This document shows positions 16,632-27,422 of a stretch of 53,840 bases of DNA, one piece after another. The stretch lies in IMG/VR virus record IMGVR_UViG_3300025671_000087, positions 1-53,840 of that record. One strand, given 5' to 3'. Each line of letters starts with the position of its first letter. Position 1 is the stretch's first letter. The DNA comes from a virus (taxonomy: Duplodnaviria > Caudoviricetes). The position numbers and the translations under genes are program-made. The notes beneath the pieces were generated by a model, which saw nothing but the letters and a program-made list of their open reading frames with translations, was not told the DNA's origin and searched no databases.

Positions 16632-17705
16632 ATGGCTTTTCAATCCGCAGGTGGACACGGGAATTTACCAAACGGTAATTTTTCTAGTGTTATCTATTCC
16701 AAGAAGGTCCAGCTCGCCTTTAGAAAGAGCACAGTCGTTGGTGATATCACTAACTCCGATTATTTTGGGGAGATTTCTGCCCAAGGGGACACTGTTAAAA
16801 TTATTAAAGAGCCTGAGATTTCAGTTGCGGCATATGCCCGTGGCCAGAACATCACAGCACAGGATCTTGATGATGAAGACTTCTCCCTCGTAATCGACAA
16901 AAGCAACTACTATGCTTTCAAAATCGACGACATCGAAGAAGCTCACAGCCACGTAAATTTCATGGATCTTGCAACCAACCGTGCGGCTTACCGCCTGGCT
17001 GATCAGCATGACCAAGAAGTTTTGGGTTACCTGACAGGTTACAAACAGTCTGACTTGCATGCTCAAGCAGATACTGTAAATGACGTTGTCAATGGTACAA
17101 AAGCTGTAGCAACTGCAGGTTCAGATGAATTGCTTGGTTCAATGAAACTGAAAAAAGGTGACTTTGGTAACATCACTACTTCAGGTGCTGCTGACCATTC
17201 GATTCCTGTTGCAGCACGTCTACCAGGTGCAACTGCACTGCCAACTGCTACGATCTCACCAGCTATGTTGGTGGCACGTATGGCTCGTTTGCTTGACCAA
17301 CAACAAGTTGACAAGCAAGGGCGTTTTATCGTCGTTGATCCAGTATTCATGGAAGTACTTCGTGATGAAGACTCACGTTTCATGAATGCCGATTACGGTG
17401 AAGCGGGTGGCCTACGTAACGGTCTTGTCTTGAACAACTTCCACGGTTTCCGTGTATACAGCTCAAGCAACTTGCCAGCACTGGGTACTGGTCCAGGTAC
17501 AACAGGTACTGCAAACCAGAATGCCAACTTCGGTGCAATCGTAGCTGGTCATGATTCTGCTGTTGCAACTGCAGAGCAAATCAGTAAAACTGAAACTTAC
17601 CGTGACCCTGACAGCTTTGCTGACATCGTTCGTGGTATGCACCTATACGGTCGCAAGATTCTTCGTCCAGAAGCTCTTGTAACTGCCAAATATAACTTAG
17701 CATAA
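16632..17705 (+). CDS. major capsid protein
   Basis: 357 aa; GGAGG SD; GDTVKI...IDDIE...DIVRGMHLYGRKILRPEAL; codon bias of a highly expressed gene. Confidence 0.9.
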   Translation: MAFQSAGGHGNLPNGNFSSVIYSKKVQLAFRKSTVVGDITNSDYFGEISAQGDTVKIIKEPEISVAAYARGQNITAQDLDDEDFSLVIDKSNYYAFKIDDIEEAHSHVNFMDLATNRAAYRLADQHDQEVLGYLTGYKQSDLHAQADTVNDVVNGTKAVATAGSDELLGSMKLKKGDFGNITTSGAADHSIPVAARLPGATALPTATISPAMLVARMARLLDQQQVDKQGRFIVVDPVFMEVLRDEDSRFMNADYGEAGGLRNGLVLNNFHGFRVYSSSNLPALGTGPGTTGTANQNANFGAIVAGHDSAVATAEQISKTETYRDPDSFADIVRGMHLYGRKILRPEALVTAKYNLA

Positions 17706-17719
17706 GGGGAGATTAGACA

Positions 17720-18118
17720 ATGGCTTTGAATGGTATTCGTATGATCTCAGTAGAACTTGAGGCAACAGCACTGTCTGCTGGTGCCAATACAGTTGCTACT
17801 CTTCCTGCACAAACAGTTATTTTGGCTGCTGGTGTTGAAGTTACAGAAGCACTTACAGGTGCTACTGCTTTGACTTTCGACATTGGTACTGGTCTCGATG
17901 ATGATGCTTTTGTTGCAGCTTATGCAATGGCTGGTAAAGCAGTAGGTGCAGTAGCACCTTCTATTGCTGGTGTTGCTTATCTGACAGCAGAAGACACATT
18001 GGACATGACTATTGATACTCTGACAGGTACAGCTACTGCAGGTAAACTGCGTGTCTGGGCAATGGTTGCAGATGTCGATGGTAAAGGTGCTGCAGAAGTA
18101 GCTCGTGATCAAGTGTAA
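17720..18118 (+). CDS. putative capsid decoration/cement protein
   Basis: Ala/Thr-rich 132 aa between the capsid gene and a terminator. Confidence 0.6.
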   Translation: MALNGIRMISVELEATALSAGANTVATLPAQTVILAAGVEVTEALTGATALTFDIGTGLDDDAFVAAYAMAGKAVGAVAPSIAGVAYLTAEDTLDMTIDTLTGTATAGKLRVWAMVADVDGKGAAEVARDQV

Positions 18119-18131
18119 ATAACTAATCTTT

Positions 18132-18156
18132 AGGGGCTGGGAAACTGGCCCCTTTA
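18132..18156 (+). terminator. intrinsic terminator-like hairpin
   Basis: AGGGGCTGG-GAAA-CTGGCCCCT with a short T run. Confidence 0.65.
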
Positions 18157-18178
18157 GGCTATCCAAAGGATTTTTGTA

Positions 18179-18910
18179 ATGGCTACTTATGTATCACTGG
18201 TAAATGAACTACTACGTAGGTTGAATGAGGTAACACTCGATGCAGCTGGTGATGGCTTTGATACAGTACGTAACGTACAAGCATTAGCTAAAGATGCTGT
18301 TAATAATGCCATTAGAAATATCCTACAAACAGGGCAGGAGTGGCCCTTTCTTAAAACTACTTACGTTCAAACATTAACTGCAGGTACAAGACAGTATGAT
18401 TTTCCTGCAGATCTTGCCAGTGTAGACTGGGACACTTTTTATATAAAGCAGTTAGGATCTGCAAGTAATACTCCTAGTTTTTTACCTACAATTTCTTTTG
18501 AGGAATATACTCAGAGATACCGTGGCCTTGATGATCAAGCAGATGTAGGCTCAGGAATTTCTGTGCCTCAACGTGTGTATCAAACATACGGGAGTAAATT
18601 TGGTGTAACTCCTGTTCCAAATGACGCATACGAAGTAGAGTACGTATACTGGTCATTTCCTGCAGATCTAAATCTGTACAACGATACCAGTGTAATTCCT
18701 GACAGGTTTAACCACGTAGTGATTGACGGCGCAATGATGTATTTAATGCGATTTAGATCTAATGATCAAAGTGCAGCTGTCCACCAACAAACTTTTACTG
18801 AAGGTATCCGTTCTATGAGACGTATACTTATGGATGATCCTCTGGACATTAGATCCACAGTACTCCAAAGAAATAAATCATTCAGCAATACAATTAGTAG
18901 TATTGTCTAA
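18179..18910 (+). CDS. tail tubular protein A / head-tail adaptor
   Basis: LVNELLRRLNE...AVNNAIR...WPFL pattern; position after the head genes. Confidence 0.75.
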   Translation: MATYVSLVNELLRRLNEVTLDAAGDGFDTVRNVQALAKDAVNNAIRNILQTGQEWPFLKTTYVQTLTAGTRQYDFPADLASVDWDTFYIKQLGSASNTPSFLPTISFEEYTQRYRGLDDQADVGSGISVPQRVYQTYGSKFGVTPVPNDAYEVEYVYWSFPADLNLYNDTSVIPDRFNHVVIDGAMMYLMRFRSNDQSAAVHQQTFTEGIRSMRRILMDDPLDIRSTVLQRNKSFSNTISSIV

Positions 18911-20448
18911 TGGCTGAAAACCTAGCCTCATTTAAAGTATTCTGTCAGGGTGGTCTTAACACTAACCGTGATGTGTTATCACAGGGTGAGACTTCCCCAG
19001 GCTCTGCCGTGGCTTTGATTAACTATGAACCTGCTGTTACAGGTGGCTATAGACGTATCAGTGGCTTTAGTAATGATTATGGTACAGTACCCGGTACAGG
19101 CAGTGTCTTAGGTTTGTGTGTAGCTAATGGTGTGAATGACGGTATCCTTGCTGCACGTAAGCCTTCTAGTGGTTCTAACTATTTGCATTACTGGGATGAC
19201 GGTACGGAAAACTGGGTAGCAGTTACTACATCAGGTTCCCCTACTATGACAGGTGTAACAAAGGTGCGATTTAGTAGGTACAACTGGGGTACAGACAAGA
19301 TTGTACTTACAGACGCAATAAATCCTGCTGCTACTTACGATGGCACTACTTACACGCAGATCACAGACAGCAATGCGCCCAGCGCACCTAAGGTGTCTCA
19401 CGTATTTAAGAACCATTTATTCCTTGCTGGAGATACTACAGAACCTACTAACCTTTTCTTTTCTGCGCCTTACGATGAGACTAGCTTTGACCCTGCTGAC
19501 GGTGCAGGTGTTATCAATGTAGGCTTTCCTATTGTAGCTATTAGGTCTTTCCGTGATGCCTTGTACATCTTTGGTACGAACATTATCCGTAAGCTTGCAG
19601 GTAATAATATCTCAGACTTTGTACTTCAAGAAGTTACAGATGATCTGGGTTGTATGGCTACGGACAGTGTTATTGAGATAGCTGGTGACTTATTGTTTTT
19701 GTCTCAGGATGGGTATCGTCCTATCTCTGGTACAAACAAGATTGGCGATGTTAACTTAGAGTCTATCTCTCAAAACGTACAATCTATTTTTACTGAGGTG
19801 GTTCTTCAAGAAGACTTAGATGTATTATCTTCTGTAGTCATTCGTGCTAAGTCTCAATTTCGTGTGTTCTTTGCTGTAGGTGAGTCTACAGGTCTAATTG
19901 CAGGTATGCGTTCAACACCTCAAGGAACTGCTTTTGAGTTTGGGCAGGTGCTAGGTATCGAAGCTTCTTGTGCGGATAGCGGCTACATAGGTCAGTACGA
20001 GTTTGTCCTACATGGTGATAGCAACGGTAAGGTGCATCGTCAAGAAAAAGGTACGGACTTTGATGGTGCAGAAATCTTTAGTCTATATCAGACGCCATTT
20101 ATTCATATGCAAGACCCAGAGCAGCGTAAGGTCATCCATACAGTCGCTACATACTTACGCTCTGAGGGTGACAATGAAGTTGCTATGTCGGTCTTGTATG
20201 ACTACGAAGCTTTTGAAACATTAAGTCCTAACAACTTTACGATTAGTACAGAAGGCGCAGCAGCTTACTACAATGAAGCCCTTTACGACAGCACCGCAAT
20301 CTTTGACGGCAATCCAGCACCAGTAGTAAGAACTAACGTATCGGGGTCAGGTAAGTCTGTATCTTTTAAGTACGTAACAAATGACACAAATGCGTCACAC
20401 AGCATTCAAGGCTTAGTTGTGACCTTCGGAGTAGGAGATAGACTCTAA
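18910..20448 (+). CDS. tail tubular protein B / nozzle
   Basis: GGLN N-terminus; beta-propeller-like 512 aa. Confidence 0.7.
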   Translation: MAENLASFKVFCQGGLNTNRDVLSQGETSPGSAVALINYEPAVTGGYRRISGFSNDYGTVPGTGSVLGLCVANGVNDGILAARKPSSGSNYLHYWDDGTENWVAVTTSGSPTMTGVTKVRFSRYNWGTDKIVLTDAINPAATYDGTTYTQITDSNAPSAPKVSHVFKNHLFLAGDTTEPTNLFFSAPYDETSFDPADGAGVINVGFPIVAIRSFRDALYIFGTNIIRKLAGNNISDFVLQEVTDDLGCMATDSVIEIAGDLLFLSQDGYRPISGTNKIGDVNLESISQNVQSIFTEVVLQEDLDVLSSVVIRAKSQFRVFFAVGESTGLIAGMRSTPQGTAFEFGQVLGIEASCADSGYIGQYEFVLHGDSNGKVHRQEKGTDFDGAEIFSLYQTPFIHMQDPEQRKVIHTVATYLRSEGDNEVAMSVLYDYEAFETLSPNNFTISTEGAAAYYNEALYDSTAIFDGNPAPVVRTNVSGSGKSVSFKYVTNDTNASHSIQGLVVTFGVGDRL

Positions 20449-23400
20449 TGGCAGGATACACCCGACAGTCAGTAGCTGATATTATTGCTAGTGCAATTAT
20501 TAAAGCAGGGCCAGTTAATGCGGAGTATAACGCACTACGTGATGCTTTTGCTTTTAGTGGTGGTCACAAGCATGATGGAAGCTCAACAGAAGGTGCTTAC
20601 GTACCTCTTATTGCTGATGTTGACGCAAAGAATAAAGTTGTAGTAGACACAACTAACAACCGCATTAGCTTCTATAGTGAAGTAGGTGGTGCTGCTGTTG
20701 AGCAAGTACGTATTAAAGACGGTGCAGTTGTACCAGTAACTGATGATGACATTGACTTGGGTGCTGTAGGCGCTGAGTTTAAGAATCTTTATGTTGACGG
20801 TGTAGGCTATATTGATACACTTACAGTACACGAGAATGCAACTGTTGCTGGTACTCTTGGTGTTACTGGTGTTCTTACTGCTACTGGTGGTGTTGTAGGT
20901 AATGTAACAGGTAACGTTACAGGTAATGTAACTGGTGATGTTACAGGTGACTTGACGGGTGATGTAACCTCTACAGGTACTTCTACCTTCGCTACTGTTG
21001 ACGTTAATGGTGGGACAATAGACGGTACAACTATTGGTGCAACTACACCTGCCGCAGCCACATTTAGTTCTGCTACTGCTACTACTGTAGACATTAACGG
21101 TGGTACTATTGATGCTACAGTTATTGGCGGCACTACTCCTGCCGCTGCTGACTTCACTACAATGGACACTACAGGTAACGCATCTGTAGGCGGTACGTTT
21201 AATGTAACAGGTACGTCTACCTTCACAGGTGCTATGTCTGCAGGTAGCCTTACCACTACAGGCAACTCTACTCACGCTACAGTAGACATTAACGGCGGTG
21301 CTATTGATGGCACTACTATCGGTGCTTCTAGTGCTGCTGCAGGTACATTCACTACAGTAACAACTACAGGACAGGCTACCCTAGCAACTGCTGACATTAA
21401 TGGTGGTACTATTGATGGTTCAGTTATTGGTGGTACAACTCCACAAGCTGTAACAGGTACAACCATTACAGCTAACACAGGCTTTACTGGTGCGCTTACA
21501 GGCAATGTCACAGGCAACGTAACAGGTAATCTGACAGGCAATGTAACGGGCGATGTAACTGGTGATCTCACTGGTAACGTAACTGCCGCTACTGGTACAA
21601 CTACACTGAATGACCTTGTAGTTAATGGTACGGTAGACTTCACTAGCACAGCACTTCTTAACGTAAGTGATCCTACAGCAGATCAACACGCAGCCACAAA
21701 AATATACACAGACACTGCAGATGCACTCAAGCTGGACAAAGCTGGCGGTACGATGTCTGGTGACATCACTATGGGTGGTAATACTGTAACAGGTTTGGGT
21801 ACGCCCAGCGCCACATCTGATGCTGCAACTAAGGGTTATGTAGATACCTCTGTAGCTGCTGTGATTGATGCTGCACCTGCTGCTCTTGATACTCTTAACG
21901 AACTGGCTGCTGCGCTGGGCGATGACGCTAGTTTCTCTACTACTGTAACAAACAGTATTGCTACTAAGCTGCCTCTTGCTGGCGGCACTATGACTGGCGA
22001 CATCACTATGGGCGCTAATGCAGTTACATCGACTGCAGCACCTACTACAGATGATGAACTTACTCGTAAGGGTTATGTAGACACACAAGATGCACTGAAG
22101 CTAAACCTGTCTGGTGGAACCATGTCGGGTGCTATTGCTATGGGTACATCTAAAGTTACTGGCTTGGGTGATCCAACAGCTAACCAAGATGCAGCTACTA
22201 AATTGTACACTGACACACAGGATGCTACTAAGCTGAACCTGTCTGGTGGCACTATGACTGGTGACATTGTACTAGGTTCTAACAAGGCTACCTCAACTGC
22301 TACACCTACAGCTAACGATGACCTGACACGCAAGGGTTACGTTGATGGCATTCTTGGTTCAGCTACTGCTGCCTCTGCTAGTGCCGCTGCTGCGGCTACA
22401 TCTGAGACTAATGCTGCAACTAGTGAAACTAATGCAGGTAACTCTGCTGCTGCAGCCGCTGCATCTTATGATGACTTCGATGATCGTTACCTTGGTGCTA
22501 AAGCTTCCGCTCCTACCACAGACAACGATGGTGATGCACTTGTAACGGGTGCTTTGTATTGGAACTCTACAAGTGATGAACTGTACATTTGGAGTGGTAG
22601 TGCTTGGGAGCAAGGTAGTTTTACTGCAGGTTCACTTCTGGCTAATGTTGTAGAGGACACAACGCCACAGCTAGGCGGTGACCTAGATAGTAACGGTAAC
22701 GATATACTATTCGGCGACAGCGACAAAGCCATCTTCGGCGCTGGGTCTGACCTAGAGATTTACCATGATGGGTCTAACAGCATTGTCGCAGATGTTGGCG
22801 CTGGGGGTTTATTTTTATCTGGCTCTTCTTATGTTGCTATTTTAAACGGCGACAGATCAGAATATATGTTTAACGGCAATGTTAACGGAGAAGTAGCACT
22901 TTACTATGACGGTTCTAAAAAACTCGCCACCACCAGCACAGGCGTAGACATCACGGGTACTTTGACCAGCGATGGGCTTGACACAAGCCAAGCCGCAAAA
23001 ATTAACTCTAATACAGCAGAAGGCGTACAACTTGGTGGTGATGCAACAGGTTCTACACTTATTGGCAACTTAAAGAACACATCTGGTCGCCTTACTCTGC
23101 AAGCACCAACTAGCAGAAGTGTCGTTACCCAAACTAACGGGGCAATAGACCGTATGTTAGTAGCCTCCAACGGCGACATCTCCTTCTACGAGGACACAGG
23201 CACCACGCCAAAGTTCTTCTGGGATGCGAGTGGTGAGAGTTTAACCCTTAACAGCACATTAAAAGTAGAAGGTGGAACAACTAACGGTTTTCTTCAAGCT
23301 TCTGGCAGTTTATTTCAGTTAGGGGCTTCTACAGCTTCCGACCTTGTTGTTTACACTAACAACACAGAACAGATGCGCATCACCAGCAGCGGAAATGTTG

Positions 23401-24716
23401 GGATTGGGACGACTTCGCCTAGTTATAATTTGGACATTCAGTCATCTGGTGCGGCGCAGGCTAGGATACAGTCTGCTTCAGGGTCGAATGCTGTTTTCAG
23501 AATTGAAACGGCGGGAACAACAGACGAAACAAAGATTTACTTTGGTAGTTCATTTGATAACGATCGTGGCCAAATTATATATGCCCACGCAAATAACTCT
23601 ATGCAGTTTAGAACTGATGCTGTAGAAGCCATGCGCATCGACAGCAGCGGTAATGTTGGCATTGGGACGAGTTCGCCTAGTTCTTTTACCAGCGCATCTG
23701 CACAAAATTTAGTTGTAGGTTCGGGTTCTGGAAATGCTGGAATGACCGTATACAGTGGAACATCATCTGTTGGCGGTTTAGCCTTTGCTGATGGAACGGG
23801 ATTGGGTAGCCACTATAGGGGTCTTTTGCAATATCTCCACGCATCCGATGCAATGCTTTTATATACATCTGAAATAGAACGTATGCGCATCGACAGCAGC
23901 GGTAACTTGCTGGTGGGGACTACGAGTTTTACAGGTACGTCGGGAGTTTCACTATCGGCAACGGGATATGTGTACGCAAGTTCAACAAATGATGTAGCTA
24001 TTTATGCAAATAGGGAAACCTCAGACGGCGACATTGCAGTGTTCCGCAAAGACGGCACCACTGTGGGGAGTATTGGGTCATACAGTGGCGTTGGTATGTA
24101 CGCTATGGCTCCGAACAATGGTGGATCGGGGCTGTTGTTCTATGATAATGCAGCACCAATTTATCCAATACAAAACGTAAGCGGCACAGCTACTATCTCA
24201 GATAATGTTTCTGATCTTGGTGCGGCAGTGCATCGCTTCAAAGACCTCTACCTCTCTGGCACTGCTTATGTAGGCGACAGAATATCTCACGATGGTGATA
24301 GCAATACTTATGTTGGTTTTACTAGTGACTCCGTTAATCTTTTTGCTGGTGGTGTTAGTGCCAACTTTACACCCAATGGCTTCTTCATCAATGATGGCTC
24401 TTTACGTGAAGATTATGATGCACTCTCTGGGACATCACCTACTTGTAACGTAAATACTGCTGCCGCATTTAGCCTGTCAATGGCAGGTAACACTACGTTT
24501 ACCTTTACAAGCCCAGCATCAGGATACTCTACAGGCTTCATCCTACAGTTAACAGGCTACACAGGTTATACAGTCACATGGCCTAGCTCAGTTAAGTGGG
24601 CAGGCGGTACTGCACCAGACGCACCCGCAAGTGCTGAAACTGACCTGTTAGTCTTCTGGACACGTGATGGTGGAACGACTTGGTATGGTGCTTTAGCTAT
24701 TGACGCTGCAGCATAA
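20448..24716 (+). CDS. long tail fibre protein
   Basis: GHKHDG head-binding motif; GNVTG, INGGTID, GGTMTGDI, AATKxYVD and MRIDSSGNVGIGT repeats. Confidence 0.9.
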   Translation: MAGYTRQSVADIIASAIIKAGPVNAEYNALRDAFAFSGGHKHDGSSTEGAYVPLIADVDAKNKVVVDTTNNRISFYSEVGGAAVEQVRIKDGAVVPVTDDDIDLGAVGAEFKNLYVDGVGYIDTLTVHENATVAGTLGVTGVLTATGGVVGNVTGNVTGNVTGDVTGDLTGDVTSTGTSTFATVDVNGGTIDGTTIGATTPAAATFSSATATTVDINGGTIDATVIGGTTPAAADFTTMDTTGNASVGGTFNVTGTSTFTGAMSAGSLTTTGNSTHATVDINGGAIDGTTIGASSAAAGTFTTVTTTGQATLATADINGGTIDGSVIGGTTPQAVTGTTITANTGFTGALTGNVTGNVTGNLTGNVTGDVTGDLTGNVTAATGTTTLNDLVVNGTVDFTSTALLNVSDPTADQHAATKIYTDTADALKLDKAGGTMSGDITMGGNTVTGLGTPSATSDAATKGYVDTSVAAVIDAAPAALDTLNELAAALGDDASFSTTVTNSIATKLPLAGGTMTGDITMGANAVTSTAAPTTDDELTRKGYVDTQDALKLNLSGGTMSGAIAMGTSKVTGLGDPTANQDAATKLYTDTQDATKLNLSGGTMTGDIVLGSNKATSTATPTANDDLTRKGYVDGILGSATAASASAAAAATSETNAATSETNAGNSAAAAAASYDDFDDRYLGAKASAPTTDNDGDALVTGALYWNSTSDELYIWSGSAWEQGSFTAGSLLANVVEDTTPQLGGDLDSNGNDILFGDSDKAIFGAGSDLEIYHDGSNSIVADVGAGGLFLSGSSYVAILNGDRSEYMFNGNVNGEVALYYDGSKKLATTSTGVDITGTLTSDGLDTSQAAKINSNTAEGVQLGGDATGSTLIGNLKNTSGRLTLQAPTSRSVVTQTNGAIDRMLVASNGDISFYEDTGTTPKFFWDASGESLTLNSTLKVEGGTTNGFLQASGSLFQLGASTASDLVVYTNNTEQMRITSSGNVGIGTTSPSYNLDIQSSGAAQARIQSASGSNAVFRIETAGTTDETKIYFGSSFDNDRGQIIYAHANNSMQFRTDAVEAMRIDSSGNVGIGTSSPSSFTSASAQNLVVGSGSGNAGMTVYSGTSSVGGLAFADGTGLGSHYRGLLQYLHASDAMLLYTSEIERMRIDSSGNLLVGTTSFTGTSGVSLSATGYVYASSTNDVAIYANRETSDGDIAVFRKDGTTVGSIGSYSGVGMYAMAPNNGGSGLLFYDNAAPIYPIQNVSGTATISDNVSDLGAAVHRFKDLYLSGTAYVGDRISHDGDSNTYVGFTSDSVNLFAGGVSANFTPNGFFINDGSLREDYDALSGTSPTCNVNTAAAFSLSMAGNTTFTFTSPASGYSTGFILQLTGYTGYTVTWPSSVKWAGGTAPDAPASAETDLLVFWTRDGGTTWYGALAIDAAA

Positions 24717-24751
24717 CTTATATAGAATAACTTATAAAGAGGTATAACACA

Positions 24752-25063
24752 ATGGCAATCACAACTACTTGGACAATCCCTACAGTAGAACGTAACTTAA
24801 GCGATGGTGGTATCACTGTCATTCATTGGCGCTGCCAAGCGTCAGACGGTGAAGGTAACACTTGGGATGCTGTAGGCACTACAAGTCACACACCTGACCC
24901 CAGCGCACCAGGATTCATCTCTTATGATGATGTAACTTTAGCTAACTGTTTAGGTTGGGCTAAAGCAAAACTAGACGTAGAAGCTATTGAAGCTAGCGTC
25001 ACAGCACAACTACAAAGCGTACTTACACCAGTGACAGCTAGTGGTACGCCTTGGAGCGATTAA
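24752..25063 (+). CDS. tail fibre-associated protein
   Basis: TWTI...HWRC...FISYDDVT...GTPW pattern. Confidence 0.65.
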   Translation: MAITTTWTIPTVERNLSDGGITVIHWRCQASDGEGNTWDAVGTTSHTPDPSAPGFISYDDVTLANCLGWAKAKLDVEAIEASVTAQLQSVLTPVTASGTPWSD

Positions 25064-25087
25064 CAACTACAACAAAGGAGAATCACA

Positions 25088-25312
25088 ATGGTAGAGAAAC
25101 AAACAAAAACCATTACGATTAACGACAAAGAATACACTGAAGATCAACTAACAGATCAACAGAAAGCTATTATTAACCACATTGCTGACTTGGATCGTAA
25201 GATGGGTTCCGCACAGTTTAACTTAGACCAGCTAACTGTAGGGCGTGATGCTTTTGTAGCAATGCTTAACCAGTCACTTGAACAAGCTGATACACCTGAC
25301 GTAAAAGAGTAA
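25088..25312 (+). CDS. tail fibre-associated small coiled-coil protein
   Basis: AAGGAG SD; ITINDKEY followed by heptads. Confidence 0.7.
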   Translation: MVEKQTKTITINDKEYTEDQLTDQQKAIINHIADLDRKMGSAQFNLDQLTVGRDAFVAMLNQSLEQADTPDVKE

Positions 25313-25326
25313 GAGGGTAAACCTAG

Positions 25327-27378
25327 ATGTCTACAAGAGTAAGACAAGCTTTTCAAAGTGCAGCAGGTGCCGCTGGTGGTGGAGCCCTGAACGTAGAAGA
25401 TGTGTTCAGCACTTATTTATATACTGGCAATAGTGCGTCTCAGCCCATTAATAACGGGGTTGACCTTGCTGGACAAGGCGGGATGGTTTGGGCTAAGGCC
25501 AGAGATACATCTTACAACCACTTAATTTGGGATAGTGAAAGAGGTTCCACAAATGGAACAGCTTACGACATTCTTTTTCCTAATCTGAATAATGCTTCAA
25601 ATTCAGCAGCATCATATGGCGTAACTTCATTTAACAGCAACGGCTTCACTCTAGGCCCATCTGGTCAACAGTCTATTACTAACCAAGGTGGTGCGTCTTA
25701 TGGAGACATAGACTACGCCTCTTGGACATTCCGCAAAGCCCGTAAGTTCTTTGATGTGGTGACTTATACTGGCAATGGTACTTCTGGTCGTACTGTTAGT
25801 CACAACTTAGGATCAACCCCAGGTTGCATCATAATAAAAGGCACAAGTTCCAACTATGAATGGTCTGTTTATCATAGGGGAATAGACAGCACCGCCCCAG
25901 AAGATTACTTTACGTGGCTAAATCACACCTATGGTAGATTTGATAACACGGGCTATTGGAACGACACTGCGCCTACATCCACGCAATTTACTTTAGGTAA
26001 TAACGGAAATGTAAATGCTTCTGGGCAAACTTATGTAGCCTACCTATTCGCACACAACGATGGTAACGGTGGGTTCGGCCCTGATGGTGATGCTGATATT
26101 ATCAAGTGTGGGAGTTATACTGGTGGTTCTGGAAATACTGAGATTGATTTAGGCTTTGAGCCTCAGTGGTTAATGATAAAACGAACTGACAGCGCAGAAG
26201 ATTGGTTAATGCTTGATGTTATGCGTGGTTTAATTGTTAGCGGTGATGATGTTGCATCAACTGGTCAGAAAGATATTATGGCTAACACTAACGCAGCGGA
26301 GGCAACACCTGCTTATGCAGGAGTCAGTCCTCAATCAAACGGTTTTAAGGTTAGGTCTGGACTTGATGCTCTATATAGTGCCAATGGTGGAACCTACATC
26401 TACATCGCCATTCGCCGTGGCCCTATGGCTGTGCCTGAGAGTGCGACTGATGTGTTTAAGGCTTTGGCCTATACTGGCAATAATTCTTCACAAGACTTAG
26501 ACGTAGGCTTTCCTGTTGACACTGTTTTTATCCAAAACAGAACTAAAAACTACACTTATAACAACTGGGTGATTGATAGGATTAGAGGTCCGGGTAAACA
26601 ACTTTACACTGATATGACAAATAGTACTTCTTCTGATGGCAATTATAAGCACTTAGATAATAACTTTGGATTAGAGTTTACAGGTGCCGGCAACTTAAAT
26701 GGTGTTTATGGTGGCACTCCTGTGCCATATATTGGGTACTTTTATCGTCAAGCAGCTGGCTTCTTTGATGTCGTTGCTTACACGGGGACAGGCCAAGGTA
26801 GTAGATCAATAACACACAATTTAGGGGTTTCACCTGAGCTTGTAATCGTGAAGCAGCGAACAGCGTCAAGTAACTGGTTTACTTGGTGTTCTGAATTAGG
26901 AAACGATCATCATTTGTTCTTAAATGCTGTTACCGCAAAACAGAGTAGCGCATTGTATATGAGATCAGCGACTGACACTGCTTTCAACCTAGGTAACCAA
27001 GCTAGTGGTGTTGGAGTAAATTCATCTGGTGTTACTCACATAATGTACCTCTTCGCAAGCCTCCCCGGTATATCTAAGGTGGGGAGCTACACGGGTAATG
27101 GCGCAAGTCAAACTATCAACTGTGGCTTTACGTCAGGTGCAAGTTTTATAATGATAAAACGTACCGACAGCACGGGTAACTGGTATCAGTGGGACACAGA
27201 ACGTGGCATTGTTTCAGGAAATGATCCCCACCTTGGATATAATATCTCAGGGCCAACAGCAGAAAACTCTAGTTATGACAGTGTTGATCCGAATAATAGT
27301 GGTTTCAATGTAGTTCAAAACTCTGGTACAAACATTAACGTAGCTAACGCCACTTACATCTTCCACGCAATCGCATAA
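25327..27378 (+). CDS. tail fibre / receptor-binding protein with an internally duplicated domain
   Basis: Repeated YTGNG, FFDVV(T/A)YTG, HNLG, YLFA, GSYTG and IKRTDS blocks. Confidence 0.8.
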   Translation: MSTRVRQAFQSAAGAAGGGALNVEDVFSTYLYTGNSASQPINNGVDLAGQGGMVWAKARDTSYNHLIWDSERGSTNGTAYDILFPNLNNASNSAASYGVTSFNSNGFTLGPSGQQSITNQGGASYGDIDYASWTFRKARKFFDVVTYTGNGTSGRTVSHNLGSTPGCIIIKGTSSNYEWSVYHRGIDSTAPEDYFTWLNHTYGRFDNTGYWNDTAPTSTQFTLGNNGNVNASGQTYVAYLFAHNDGNGGFGPDGDADIIKCGSYTGGSGNTEIDLGFEPQWLMIKRTDSAEDWLMLDVMRGLIVSGDDVASTGQKDIMANTNAAEATPAYAGVSPQSNGFKVRSGLDALYSANGGTYIYIAIRRGPMAVPESATDVFKALAYTGNNSSQDLDVGFPVDTVFIQNRTKNYTYNNWVIDRIRGPGKQLYTDMTNSTSSDGNYKHLDNNFGLEFTGAGNLNGVYGGTPVPYIGYFYRQAAGFFDVVAYTGTGQGSRSITHNLGVSPELVIVKQRTASSNWFTWCSELGNDHHLFLNAVTAKQSSALYMRSATDTAFNLGNQASGVGVNSSGVTHIMYLFASLPGISKVGSYTGNGASQTINCGFTSGASFIMIKRTDSTGNWYQWDTERGIVSGNDPHLGYNISGPTAENSSYDSVDPNNSGFNVVQNSGTNINVANATYIFHAIA

Positions 27379-27422
27379 CTGCATACGCAATATAATCAAG
27401 GTCATACAAGGAGTATCAACTA

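Noticed and set aside
16588-16893. 101-aa ORF overlapping the capsid gene start
   Set aside because: Alternate frame of the capsid gene with no supporting features.
17690-17725. T7 10A/10B-style capsid frameshift or readthrough
   Set aside because: No slippery sequence seen; clean TAA, and the next gene has its own SD.
20583-22732. Long antisense ORFs over the tail fibre gene
   Set aside because: Shadow frames of repetitive Thr/Gly/Val codons; no SD sequences or motifs.
20448-27378. Diversity-generating retroelement or invertible fibre cassette
   Set aside because: No reverse transcriptase, no template/variable repeat pair with adenine-specific differences, and no inverted fibre segment was seen.
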